Shown here piece after piece: positions 1-9,098 of a DNA stretch of 64,000 bases. Below the pieces are notes generated by a model. The model searched no databases. It saw nothing but the letters and a program-made list of their open reading frames with translations, and was not told the DNA's origin. Where the stretch lies: contig JABFSN010000074.1 of assembly GCA_013140575.1 (NCBI GenBank), positions 4,431-68,430 on the forward strand, read 5' to 3'. This stretch comes from Phycisphaerales bacterium (GTDB taxonomy: Bacteria; Planctomycetota; Phycisphaerae; UBA1845). Numbering within the stretch: position 1 is the stretch's first letter; each line of letters opens with the position of its first letter. A program made the position numbers and the translations under genes.

Positions 1-5
1 CGCTG

Positions 6-590
6 GTGACGCGGCGAAACGCGATTCTGCGAAAGATCGTCCACCAGGAACTGACGTTCACCGAGGAGCAGTTGCGTCAGGAACATGCCCGCACGTACGG
101 CTATCGCGTCGAAATCCGGCATGTGCAGGTGGCCAGCGCGGCGGAGGCCGATCGGATTCTGCGGCAGATCAACGCCGGCGTCACCATCGCCGAACTGGCC
201 CGGTTGTACAGCGTGAACCGTGCGTCGGGCGAAGCCGGCGGCCTGTTGCCGCCGTTCACGGCCGACGATGCGGAAGTGCCGGAATTGCTGCGGCGAACGG
301 CATTCGCGTTGAAGCCGGGCGAGCGGTCGGGTCCGATCCACGTTGACGAATGGTTTCATGTGATTGAGGTCGAGCAACTACTTCCGGCGAAGGATGTGTT
401 GTTCGAGACGGCGCGGGCGGAACTGGAACGCGGTCTGCGCGAGCGGTCGTCCGATGCGGCCATGCAGGAATGGTACGTGCGTTTGTTCAACGAAGCGGCG
501 ATTGAGGTAACCGAGGCGAAGCTGCGGGATGTGTTCTTCAAGAAGCACCCGGACCATCGTTCGGCACCGAAGGAAGTGACGGCGAAGTAG
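6..590 (+). CDS. PpiC/parvulin-type peptidyl-prolyl isomerase (SurA/PrsA-like), 5' end outside window
   Basis: Rotamase signature RHVQV...AELARLYS...SGEAGGLLPPF...AFALKPGERSGPIHVDEWFHVI; the frame is open to the window edge. Confidence 0.85.
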   Translation: MTRRNAILRKIVHQELTFTEEQLRQEHARTYGYRVEIRHVQVASAAEADRILRQINAGVTIAELARLYSVNRASGEAGGLLPPFTADDAEVPELLRRTAFALKPGERSGPIHVDEWFHVIEVEQLLPAKDVLFETARAELERGLRERSSDAAMQEWYVRLFNEAAIEVTEAKLRDVFFKKHPDHRSAPKEVTAK

Positions 591-607
591 GGCAACGTAA
601 CGCAACG

Positions 608-781
608 GCAGGGCGCGTTCCACCCGCCGAGACCTTCCGCGCCGCGGGCGCGCGCCCGCGGACAACGCGGACGGGCAACGGTCGCGGGTCACGAAATCAC
701 CGGGCTCGCGCCCGGTGCTCTGAAAACCGGTGCGGCGGATGGAGCTCGCCCCACGGTCGCGGCGGGTGGAACCCGCCCTAC
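608..781. repeat. Nested REP-like palindrome cluster
   Basis: Outer inverted pair 608-629 (gcagggcgcgttccacccgccg) and 760-781 (cggcgggtggaacccgccctac, GTAG-type) encloses 641-661 and 698-723 (caccgggctcgcgcccggtgctctga, also at 8343-8368 and inverted at 57646-57671). Confidence 0.75.
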
Positions 782-831
782 GAATACCGGCGGGTGAAGC
801 CCGCTCCACCGAAAACGGGACATTGTCGCTA

Positions 832-1437
832 ATGGCTAATGCCAGGTTCAACGCGGTCTTGTTGTTCGGCGGTCCCGGATGCGGCAAGGGGACGCAGGGG
901 GCGGCGCTGGCCGGTCTGCCCAACATTCGCCATCTGGCCATGGGCGACATTTTCCGCGCCCTCGATAAACAGAGTGACATTGGCCGGGAGTTTCTGTCGT
1001 ATTCAACGAAGGGGTTGCTGGTTCCCGACGAATTGACCGTGCGTGTCTGGAAGGCGCACATCGAAGCGATGGTCAAGGATGGGCGGGTGCGGCGCGACTA
1101 CCACACGCTGTTGCTGGACGGCATTCCACGGACGACGCAGCAGGTGGGATTGATGAAACCGCACGTGGACGTTGTCAAGATCGTGTATCTCGTCGTGCCG
1201 GATCAGAACGTTCTGATTCAGCGGTTAAAAGGACGCGCGTTGAAGGGCAACCGGCCGGACGATGCGGATGAAAAGGTGATCCGCGAGCGACTGCGGGTCT
1301 ATGATGAGTCGACCGCGCCGGTGCTCGACGGGTATGACAAGTCACTGGTGGCGCGGATCAACGCCGATCAGTCGCCGTTCGCGGTTCTGCGGGATATTGC
1401 AGATTGTCTGTCGAGATGCGTATCGGGCGATATTTGA
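832..1437 (+). CDS. adk: Adenylate kinase (short-LID type)
   Basis: P-loop GGPGCGKGTQ, MGDIFR, GLLVPDE, LDGIPRT, RPDD; ATG at 832 chosen over the longer ORF start. Confidence 0.92.
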   Translation: MANARFNAVLLFGGPGCGKGTQGAALAGLPNIRHLAMGDIFRALDKQSDIGREFLSYSTKGLLVPDELTVRVWKAHIEAMVKDGRVRRDYHTLLLDGIPRTTQQVGLMKPHVDVVKIVYLVVPDQNVLIQRLKGRALKGNRPDDADEKVIRERLRVYDESTAPVLDGYDKSLVARINADQSPFAVLRDIADCLSRCVSGDI

Positions 1438-1451
1438 ACCGGAAGGCGACC

Positions 1452-2576
1452 ATGGTCATGCGTTCGGCGGTGTCTCGATGGTTCACCGCTCGAAAACCGC
1501 TCCCTGACGCTTCAGGCTCCCTTCTCGGTCGCCTTCAGGGCTCGGAAATCCGCCGCCCTTGGCGGTGGATGATCGTCGGTACGTCCGTGACCGTCGTGGG
1601 TTGGATTTCAGGCTGCGACATCGGGCCGATTCCACCGGACGTGGAGACGATCGCGACGGGGTTGAACAACCCGGTCGGTCTGGCGATGACATCGGATGGC
1701 ACACTCCTGGTTGCGGAAAGCGGCGCCGGGCGGATCGTTTCCATCGCCGCCGACGGCACGATGATGCCGTTCATCACCGATTTCGCGCTGGGCACGTTTT
1801 TTCCGTACGACATCGGGCCGTTGTCGATGGTGATTCAGGAGGGCGGCGCGATCATCGTGGGCGAGGGCGGCCGACCCATCGGGATGGAGCGGGTGTCGTT
1901 TTTCGATTCCGCGGGTCAACCGCTGGACGAGCCGCCGCTGACACCCATTTCCGGCGGGAATTTCCAGGGGATGGCCGTCGATCCCGTTTCCGGCGATTTG
2001 TTCATCGCGTCGGCTAACACCAATCGACTGTATCGGGCCGCCGTCCTCGACGGTGGAATGTTCGACGCGCCGGTTGATTTCGTGGTCAACACGCTGGCCG
2101 AACCGATCGGCCGGGCGGCGCCGGCGGCCCTGGTGTTCGACACCGACGGAGTTTTATGGGTCGGATTCAGTGACTTCGTCAACGGAGGAATCGACCGATT
2201 GACGATCGCGGAGGGCGACGAACCGCCCGCCGTCGAATCGGTATACGACGCCGCCGGGCGCATGGTGACCGCGTTGGCCGTCCGCCCGTCGGATGGTGCG
2301 GTCTTGTTTGCGGAATTCCATCCGGAGCGACCCGCCGAAGCCCGCGTCGGCCGGTTCCGCGATGACGGGACAATTGCGACGTACGCCGAAGAGTTGACGG
2401 CGCCGGCGGGTCTGGCGTTCGGCGCCGATGATGCGTTGTACGTGTCAACGCTGGGCGAGACGCCGAACGCCGATCGCGGGAGCGTTCTGAAGCTGACGCT
2501 GGAAACACCGCCGCCGGCCGAAATGGACGATGCCGTGGCGGACGATGGAATGGGCGAGTCAACCGTCAGCCCGTGA
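1452..2576 (+). CDS. Beta-propeller lipoprotein (NHL/SMP-30/ScyD-ScyE-like)
   Basis: Hydrophobic segment ending in lipobox-like WISGC; repeated blades GLNNPVGLAMTSDGTLLVAESGAGRI and LTAPAGLAFGADDALYVS; start uncertain. Confidence 0.7.
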   Translation: MVMRSAVSRWFTARKPLPDASGSLLGRLQGSEIRRPWRWMIVGTSVTVVGWISGCDIGPIPPDVETIATGLNNPVGLAMTSDGTLLVAESGAGRIVSIAADGTMMPFITDFALGTFFPYDIGPLSMVIQEGGAIIVGEGGRPIGMERVSFFDSAGQPLDEPPLTPISGGNFQGMAVDPVSGDLFIASANTNRLYRAAVLDGGMFDAPVDFVVNTLAEPIGRAAPAALVFDTDGVLWVGFSDFVNGGIDRLTIAEGDEPPAVESVYDAAGRMVTALAVRPSDGAVLFAEFHPERPAEARVGRFRDDGTIATYAEELTAPAGLAFGADDALYVSTLGETPNADRGSVLKLTLETPPPAEMDDAVADDGMGESTVSP

Positions 2577-2840
2577 CCGCGTTCGACGATTCCGTCGGCG
2601 AAGGGCTCCATCACCCCGGTCAATTCAAAAACCCGATTCACCGGTGGGCAGCGCGGCAGCCGCGTGGTGATCGGGCACATTCGAGTATTCGGGACCGGCG
2701 CATTTATCAGAACCCGCCACGCCAGTGGCGGGCCGGGCGGAACTGGTGTTCCCATTCGCAATCCGGTTCTGATTCGGCCCCGGACTCGCGTCGGGTACGT
2801 GTTTAGCGTTTCCGCCTGTGGCCTGCCACCGGCCGGCATG

Positions 2841-3020
2841 AATGTAGCCCCGTGTTTCAACACGGGGTACGCCGACGTCGTGGTGGAACCGAGTCCCGAA
2901 GGGATGGCTGAACCGCCGCGCTCGCCTTCAGCCGTCCCTTCGGGACTCGCCGAATCGTAAGCATGGCGTCATCCCAGCACTGAAGTGCTGGGCTACATTG
3001 ATCGCGTCCCTGCGGGACGC
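2841..3020. repeat. REPIN/MITE-like nested palindromic element
   Basis: Outer arms aatgtagccccgtgtttcaacacggg and cccagcactgaagtgctgggctacatt; inner 22-nt inverted pair gagtcccgaagggatggctgaa (2891-2912) / ttcagccgtcccttcgggactc (2927-2948); terminal hairpin gcgtccctgcgggacgc. Confidence 0.7.
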
Positions 3021-3069
3021 CAAGCAGGTAATGCGCCCGGGGTCTGAAGTGAGTGCCGCTTCCTGACGG

Positions 3070-3270
3070 CTATTTTACCGCAGGACGGAAAGCGCTCGCT
3101 GCACGGAAGTGTTCGGGGCGCAAATGGGGAAACGACTCGATCAGTTCATCCACGCTCCAGCCGTTGCCGAGTCGCTCGAGGATGAACTCCACCGTGATGC
3201 GCGTGCCCTTGATGACCGGCTTGCCGCACATGACCTCGGGGTTACGTTCGATATAGTCGCTCCAAGTCAC
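3070..3270 (-). CDS. DUF433 family putative antitoxin (no partner toxin seen)
   Basis: IERNPEVMCGKPVIKGTRITVEFILERLGNGWSVDELIESFPHL is the DUF433 signature. Confidence 0.85.
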   Translation of the reverse strand: MTWSDYIERNPEVMCGKPVIKGTRITVEFILERLGNGWSVDELIESFPHLRPEHFRAASAFRPAVK

Positions 3271-3291
3271 TCGAAAAACTCCGAATGCGAA

Positions 3292-3630
3292 CTACCCCGG
3301 GAAGGCGTCGGGTTTCAACAGCGTGCGTTTGCCCTTCGTCTCGCGGAACTCCTCGGACGTCGGCAGCGGATCCTTCTGCGTGTCGATGACCGGCCAATCC
3401 TTGGCGTATTTGGCGTTGATTTCCATGTATTCGGCCCAGTCGTCCGGCAGGTCGTCCTCGGTGACGATGGCCTGGACCGGGCATTCGGGGACGCACAGCC
3501 CGCAGTCGATGCACACTTCCGGGTCGATGACCAGGAAGTTCACACCTTCATGGAAACAATCCACCGGACAAACGGCCACGCAATCGGTGAATTTGCAATT
3601 GATGCACGGTTCGCCCACCACATGGGTCAT
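3292..3630 (-). CDS. fdxA: 7Fe-type ferredoxin (FdxA family)
   Basis: MTHVVGEPCINCKFTDCVAVCPVDCFHEG...IDPEVCIDCGLCVPECPVQAI. Confidence 0.92.
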   Translation of the reverse strand: MTHVVGEPCINCKFTDCVAVCPVDCFHEGVNFLVIDPEVCIDCGLCVPECPVQAIVTEDDLPDDWAEYMEINAKYAKDWPVIDTQKDPLPTSEEFRETKGKRTLLKPDAFPG

Positions 3631-3766
3631 CGCACGCCTCCTGATCGAAACGACCGCTGATTCCCAGCCCGCCGGTAGACTCGCGTTGCGGTCCCCGTTT
3701 GTCAACGGGTATTTGCGAGCGGGCTTCGCGCCGGTCAGGCACGCGGCCCAATAGGTCGGCGGCCCC

Positions 3767-4561
3767 CTACCGCCGGCGCACCACCTCGATCGGGAAGGTG
3801 GCCGAATTGCCGCTGGTCTTGATCGGTTCGTTGTGCAGTTCGTACAGGAACGTGGCCGAGAACACCCGCGGGACCATGCGGTTGATGTACATGTCCACCC
3901 AATCGCCGATCTCGGCGATCGTCGAACGCGGGGCGTGGACGATGTCCAGCGGCTCCAACCGGACGTCCGGCTCGGCGCCGGCCAGTATGCGATCGACGTC
4001 CACCTGCAGAATATGGATGCCGTCCCCCGCGCAGGCCCGCATGACCATCACCTCGCGGCGATCGGCCTCGGTCCGCAAACCACCGGCTACGAACAAGGCC
4101 TGCAACAACGTCTGATTGGGACGCAGTTCAAACTCGCCCGGCGTTTGCACTTCGCCGCCGAGGTAGATCCGCCGGCCGCTTTCCTCCTGGACGATGACGG
4201 TCACGTCGGGCTTTTTCAGGATGGCCGCGTAGCGTTCGTTCAATTCCGCGGACAATTCGGTCGGCGAGCGCAACGCGGCTTGCACGTCGTTGACGTAGGG
4301 GAGCGAAATCTGCCCGTCGGTGCGGATGATGACTTCCTGGTCGAGCGTGGTATCGGACGGGTATCGAACCAGAATCGTGTCCCCCGGTTGCAGCGTGTAG
4401 CGGACCGCCGCGGCCGGATCGAACGGCGTGCCGCCGCGCGGCGACGGCGGCGTTTGGCAACCGGACAACACGGCCGGCAGGACGCATGAAATCAGCACCG
4501 AGAATCGTCCGCCGATGGAGCGAAGTCGATCGGCAGTCAAGCGTGCCATTAACATCGCCAT
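3767..4561 (-). CDS. Polysaccharide biosynthesis/export lipoprotein (Wza-like, Poly_export + SLBB)
   Basis: Lipobox LSGC, YTLQPGDTI, IRTDGQISLPYV, IYLGGEVQTPG, LEPLDIVHAP. Confidence 0.88.
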   Translation of the reverse strand: MAMLMARLTADRLRSIGGRFSVLISCVLPAVLSGCQTPPSPRGGTPFDPAAAVRYTLQPGDTILVRYPSDTTLDQEVIIRTDGQISLPYVNDVQAALRSPTELSAELNERYAAILKKPDVTVIVQEESGRRIYLGGEVQTPGEFELRPNQTLLQALFVAGGLRTEADRREVMVMRACAGDGIHILQVDVDRILAGAEPDVRLEPLDIVHAPRSTIAEIGDWVDMYINRMVPRVFSATFLYELHNEPIKTSGNSATFPIEVVRRR

Positions 4562-4585
4562 CGGCTCAACGCCTTCAATCGAGGT

Positions 4586-4756
4586 CTAGACCGGCGGGAG
4601 AAACGTGTTCAGCAGGTCGCTGAGAACCGCGCCCACCACCGACGAGATGCTGCTCCCCAACAGGTTGGGGAAGAACTCGTCGGGAAGGCATCCCTGCAGG
4701 CCGAACAGCCCAATCGTACCGACTACGCCGCCGATCCATCGCCGCCATCGCATCAT
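4586..4756 (-). CDS. Small putative lipoprotein (56 aa)
   Basis: Basic N-terminus, hydrophobic helix, LQGC lipobox, amphipathic tail; co-oriented immediately upstream of the wza-like gene. Confidence 0.5.
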   Translation of the reverse strand: MMRWRRWIGGVVGTIGLFGLQGCLPDEFFPNLLGSSISSVVGAVLSDLLNTFLPPV

Positions 4757-4976
4757 CGGCCGAGTTCTCCGCGCTTGCGGACCGTCCGCCATCGACTGGG
4801 GAGATTCACGCGCAATCCACCCGCCGGTCATCGGCGTGACGTCGCCCGCCGCGTCGGGGGATTAGGCAGCGGGGTGGTTCCGGTGTCAAGACGCCGACGA
4901 TTCCCGGACGTTGCAGCAGCAATGGTCGATTTGCGGTGGTCAGGCAGATTGGGGGGCGTTTTACGGGGCGCGTCGC

Positions 4977-5006
4977 TTGACTCGCGTCCGCGACGACCGC
5001 TAAACT
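4977..5006 (+). promoter_or_regulatory. Putative sigma70 promoter of the PEP-CTERM gene
   Basis: TTGACT-N18-TAAACT upstream of 5180. Confidence 0.35.
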
Positions 5007-5179
5007 ACATACGGTAGGCGGTGTGGGGGGATCCGCACGGCGGATCGAACCAAACGGCAAACGGTGGCCATCGGCGGCTTTCCGGTTTTTCAGGCATCGT
5101 CGCACAGGTTGTCCCATTCGTCGGTCGATGCCGTCGGATGGGCGCCAAGTTCCGTCGATGTGATCATGGGGGATGAACG

Positions 5180-5827
5180 GTGATGCGAACGATACTGTCG
5201 GTTTTGAGCCTGGTCACGATTTGCACCACCGCGGCACGCGCTGATCGTGTGGCCGCGGTCGACCTCATATTTGCAACCAGCAATGGGACGCCGTTTTTCG
5301 GCGACCATTTCGACAACGGCGTCCTGGAACCGATTTGGGATGTCGTGGCCGGGTCGCCGGGTCCCGAAACGGGCACGACGCTGGACTTGCACGGCGGTGA
5401 TCTGCTGCTGGCCCCGCTTAGCTACGACCCGCAGACCGATCTGGCGGTGGCCTCGATGTTGGACGTGTCGGGAATGCAACCGGGCGATCTCGCGGCCGTC
5501 GTTTTGTACGGAGCCAATCGGGGCGACATCCTGGCGTTCATACTGGGTAACGGCACGGCATTCGCGACCGATGAGACTTTCGCGCCGCTGGGCGTGACGA
5601 GTTACGTCGGCGAGCTCGCGGTCGTGGAGTTGAATTACGACGCCGACGGGACGTTCCGCGCGATCGTCAACGGATCGTCCGCATTTGACGGCATTCCGGG
5701 CGGTTTCGGACCGGTTTCGGAAGTGGGTCTGTTGGCCATTCCCGAACCGGCGACCGTGACGTTCATGATCGTCGGACTGGGATTGTCCGCGTTGCGCCGC
5801 CGCCGTTCGACCAACGAACGCGGTTGA
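5180..5827 (+). CDS. PEP-CTERM sorting-domain surface protein
   Basis: Signal peptide ending ARA-D; C-terminal IPEPATVTFMIVGLGLSALRRRR. Confidence 0.9.
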   Translation: MMRTILSVLSLVTICTTAARADRVAAVDLIFATSNGTPFFGDHFDNGVLEPIWDVVAGSPGPETGTTLDLHGGDLLLAPLSYDPQTDLAVASMLDVSGMQPGDLAAVVLYGANRGDILAFILGNGTAFATDETFAPLGVTSYVGELAVVELNYDADGTFRAIVNGSSAFDGIPGGFGPVSEVGLLAIPEPATVTFMIVGLGLSALRRRRSTNERG

Positions 5828-5986
5828 TGGTGCCAATCTACGGGCCGTCGCGAATGGAGCAGCGGGTACTTACCCGCGAATCCGATCGGTCCGCATCGAT
5901 GCGGACCGACCCTTGGATCCCCACCTTCGGGCGAGCGTCCTCGTTCTTACACTACTTTCTCATGCTGCAATCCGCCTGCCGCGGAT

Positions 5987-6062
5987 TCGGGGCGACAGGA
6001 TTCGAACCTGCGACCTCTTGACCCCCAGTCAAGCACTCTAAACCAGACTGAGCTACGCCCCG
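5987..6062 (-). tRNA. tRNA-Pro (anticodon GGG), CCA not encoded
   Basis: Reverse complement CGGGGCGTAGCTCAGTCTGGTTTAGAGTGCTTGACTGGGGGTCAAGAGGTCGCAGGTTCGAATCCTGTCGCCCCGA folds as a cloverleaf with T-loop GTTCGAATC. Confidence 0.96.
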
Positions 6063-6096
6063 CGATCCGCGATTCAACCACCGCCGATCGCGACGG

Positions 6097-7236
6097 TCAA
6101 GCCGCGGGTGTTGCGGAGCCGGTTTTCGTGCGTGTGGCCTCGAGATACGTGGCGACCCATTTGCCGACGAGTTGGTCCCAACTCAACGACCCCCGCGCCC
6201 GATCGCGCGCGATTGGGGCGTCCCGCCGGCGTTCGTGGTCGGTTCGCAAAAGCACCTCGGACAGCGCCTGCCGCAACGCGTGACGCTCCGGTCGGCAAAC
6301 GTGTACCAGATCATGGGCCGCGCCCGGACTCGCGTCGCGCGTGGTCACCACGGGTACGCCGGCGGCCAACGCCTGCAAAACGGAAAACGCCGGCCGGATG
6401 CGCAAGCCCGGGGCGGCCAGCACCGCCGCCCGACGAATCCACGCGGCTTGGGTGTCGGCGTCGGGGTCGATGACCATGGTCGTTCGGTCGGTGAATCCCT
6501 TGCGTTCGATCGCGGCATCCAACTGCGCCTTCCAATCGCCGCGCGACGGACCGGCGAGCACCACATGGCAGTCGCGATGTTCATAACCCAGCTCGGCGAC
6601 GGCCCGCAGCAACGGAACAATGCCCTCGATGGGATCAATCGGCGCCGACATCAAGATGTACCGCCGATGCCCGGTTGCATCCCCATCGCTGATGGATGCC
6701 GAATCGCCGTCCGTCGCGTCGCCGGCCGCCTCGTCAAACGCATGGGGGTCGATGCCGTAGGCCAGCATTTTGACCGACGGACCGATCCGGCGTTTGGCCA
6801 GCTCGTGTCGTTCTGCCTCGTTGGCCGCGGCGAAGATGGTCGCGGTCCGACGGAGCCGTCGGCGGAAAAACCAGTCGGCCATCGCATTTCGCCAATCATC
6901 GGCCTCAAATGGATTCGGACACAGCGCGCCCAACGGCGCGAAGACGCACGGGACGGCGCTTCGCCGTATCGCCGGCAGAATCGAAGACAGGAACGCCCGC
7001 TCGCCGCCGTGAACGTGTACGACGTTCGCGCTTCGCATCGGCTGGGTGATCGCGTCGGGCGAACAGGACGTCACGTCCACGCCGTCCGTCGATTCGGGCG
7101 GAACGTCCCGCGTCGCGACCGTCGACGTCCAGCCGCGGTCGGCCAATGCCTTGAACAGTCCGGGAAGGACAGTCGCGACCGACCCGGCCGTCGGACGTAG
7201 CGATTCGACTAGGTGCAGGACACGCAAGGGGATCAC
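6097..7236 (-). CDS. GT4 / GT-B fold glycosyltransferase-like protein with degenerate catalytic motifs
   Basis: LRVLHLV, VVHVHG, YGIDP, VVLAGP, LQALAAGVPVVTT, LSWD. Confidence 0.8.
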   Translation of the reverse strand: MIPLRVLHLVESLRPTAGSVATVLPGLFKALADRGWTSTVATRDVPPESTDGVDVTSCSPDAITQPMRSANVVHVHGGERAFLSSILPAIRRSAVPCVFAPLGALCPNPFEADDWRNAMADWFFRRRLRRTATIFAAANEAERHELAKRRIGPSVKMLAYGIDPHAFDEAAGDATDGDSASISDGDATGHRRYILMSAPIDPIEGIVPLLRAVAELGYEHRDCHVVLAGPSRGDWKAQLDAAIERKGFTDRTTMVIDPDADTQAAWIRRAAVLAAPGLRIRPAFSVLQALAAGVPVVTTRDASPGAAHDLVHVCRPERHALRQALSEVLLRTDHERRRDAPIARDRARGSLSWDQLVGKWVATYLEATRTKTGSATPAA

Positions 7237-7337
7237 CGGTCAAGTTCGAAGCCGCGCCGGCCCCCTCGGCCGCGACGCCGAGTGGACCGACCGTTGAAAC
7301 GGTACCGGCGAAAGTTCCGCGCGTCATTCAGGGGGCG

Positions 7338-8207
7338 TCACGACCGCGGCGCCGGCTTTCGCGCCGCGATGTCCAGGCTGGTGATGTAATCCGCGGGCTG
7401 CTCGCCGGTCGGCAGGTTCTCGACGATCTTGCGGTACAGCGGGTCCTGCATCTCGCCCAGCGTCTTAATGAACCCGGGTTTGGGCGTCAGGCGAATGTCC
7501 GTCAAACCGGCCGCCCGCATCATGTCCCGCGTTTCGTCGATCAAGGCCGCCCCCGCGATGCAGCCCACCAGCGCCTCCATCATCGCGCGCACCTCGCGGG
7601 GCAATGGCCGGAGCAGGGCCAGGTCGGAAACCGCCGCCCGTCCGCCCGGTTTCAGCACGCGGGCAATCTCCCGCCACACCTGCGGCTTGTCCGGCGACAG
7701 ATTCAGCACGCAATTGGAGATGACCACGTCCACGCCGGCGTCGGCGGCCGGCAAATGCTCGATCTCGCCCAGCCGGAACTCGACGTTATCCAGCCCGGTG
7801 CGTTCGCGGTATTGCCCGACGCCGCCGCGGGCCCGCGAGATCATCTGCGGGGTCATGTCCACGCCGATGACCCGGCCGGTCCGTCCGACCATCGGCCCGG
7901 CGATGAAGCAATCCAGCCCCCCGCCGCTGCCCAGATCGAGCACCACCTCGCCCGGTTTCAATGCCGCCAGCGCCGTGGGGTTCCCGCACGACAGCCCCAT
8001 GTCCGCCCCGTCGGGCAAGCGGTCCAGCTCGTTCGTCGCGTAGCCGATGCGCTCGGTGATCGAAACCGCGCCCGCGTTGACGTCCGCGCCATCGCAACAC
8101 GGGCTGGACCCGCAGCATCCCGATCCCCCCTTCTCCGCGATCGCCGCGTATCCCTGCCGCACCTGATCGATCACCGTCTGTTTGCCGTCTGTTTCCATTC
8201 GTTTCAT
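7338..8207 (-). CDS. arsM: Arsenite S-adenosylmethionine methyltransferase
   Basis: GCCGSSPCC, MGLSCGNPTA, VLDLGSGGGLDC, IGVDMTPQM, DVVISNCVLNLSPDK, GCIAGA. Confidence 0.93.
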   Translation of the reverse strand: MKRMETDGKQTVIDQVRQGYAAIAEKGGSGCCGSSPCCDGADVNAGAVSITERIGYATNELDRLPDGADMGLSCGNPTALAALKPGEVVLDLGSGGGLDCFIAGPMVGRTGRVIGVDMTPQMISRARGGVGQYRERTGLDNVEFRLGEIEHLPAADAGVDVVISNCVLNLSPDKPQVWREIARVLKPGGRAAVSDLALLRPLPREVRAMMEALVGCIAGAALIDETRDMMRAAGLTDIRLTPKPGFIKTLGEMQDPLYRKIVENLPTGEQPADYITSLDIAARKPAPRS

Positions 8208-8297
8208 GTCTTGCTCCTTCGTGTATCGGTTCGTGTCCTGGTCCTTCGCGTGTCGCCGACGGGTCCGTGACGGTTTCGGCGAGCCGCCCCACTCCTG

Positions 8298-8368
8298 TCA
8301 GGGCCGCGGGCGCAAGCCCGCGGATGACTTGCGAGCGTTCGTCACCGGGCTCGCGCCCGGTGCTCTGA
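8298..8368. repeat. REP doublet (TCAGA/TCTGA family)
   Basis: tcagggccgcgggcgcaagcccgcgg (8298-8323) facing caccgggctcgcgcccggtgctctga (8343-8368). Confidence 0.75.
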
Positions 8369-8427
8369 TAAACGTTGCCGGTCCATTCCGTCCCGCACCC
8401 CATGTCGCCTGATTCCCGCGCTCGCCC

Positions 8428-8476
8428 TTGACGGTCGCCTGATTCTATATTAGCATATATGCACCAATATGCAAGT
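8428..8476 (+). promoter_or_regulatory. arsR promoter with overlapping ArsR-type operator
   Basis: TTGACG-N17-TAGCAT; AT-rich inverted repeat GCATAT-N8-ATATGC spanning the -10 box and the start codon. Confidence 0.55.
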
Positions 8477-8852
8477 ATCCCGACAAAAAAAGACGCGGAT
8501 CGCGCCCCGCCGACCGGACGTTCGCCGCACCGCCCGCCGGCGGGGCGCTTGCTGCGGCACGCTCGAAACCTGCCTCGACGCCCGGCTGTTCAAGGCCCTG
8601 GCCGACCCCACCCGCCTGCACATCCTCGTCTGCCTCGCCGGTTGTTGCCGCCCCCAGACCGTCGGTCAGGTGGCCGCCTGCTGCGCCGTGGACCTTTCCG
8701 TCGTCTCCCGGCACCTCGCCCTCCTTCGCGATTCCGGCATCCTCACCGTCCAAAAACAGGGCCGCTCCGTGCTCTATTCGGTGCGTTACGCCGATCTCGC
8801 CGAATCGCTCCACGCCTTGGCCGACGCATTGGAAGGCTGTTGTCGGGCCTAA
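8469..8852 (+). CDS. arsR: ArsR/SmtB family metalloregulator
   Basis: LFKALADPTRLHIL...VDLSVVSRHLALLRDSGIL...GRSVLY; several CC pairs; divergent from arsM. Confidence 0.9.
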   Translation: MQVSRQKKTRIAPRRPDVRRTARRRGACCGTLETCLDARLFKALADPTRLHILVCLAGCCRPQTVGQVAACCAVDLSVVSRHLALLRDSGILTVQKQGRSVLYSVRYADLAESLHALADALEGCCRA

Positions 8853-9098
8853 ACAAAGCGAGGCGGCATTGCCGAATTCGCTGAAGCCCCAGTTTCCGAC
8901 CGCGGTCCTGGAATGCAGTACCCGCGATATCCGGCGCACGGTGCGGCCTTTTGCTGGACGGCGAGCGAACAGGTCAAGGCGGATTTCTGGATTTTCTCAA
9001 AACGTGCTCGCGAAAGTGATGCGCCGCTCCCGCGATCAGCCCGTGTTCCACTTACGCAAGTCGTGTCGTGGGTGGAAGCGCCGCCGCTGTCGCGATGA

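Noticed and set aside
5987-6062. tRNA-Pro as the integration site of the methylase island
   Set aside because: There is no integrase, I saw no duplicated tRNA 3' end, and the island lies on the 5' side of the tRNA.
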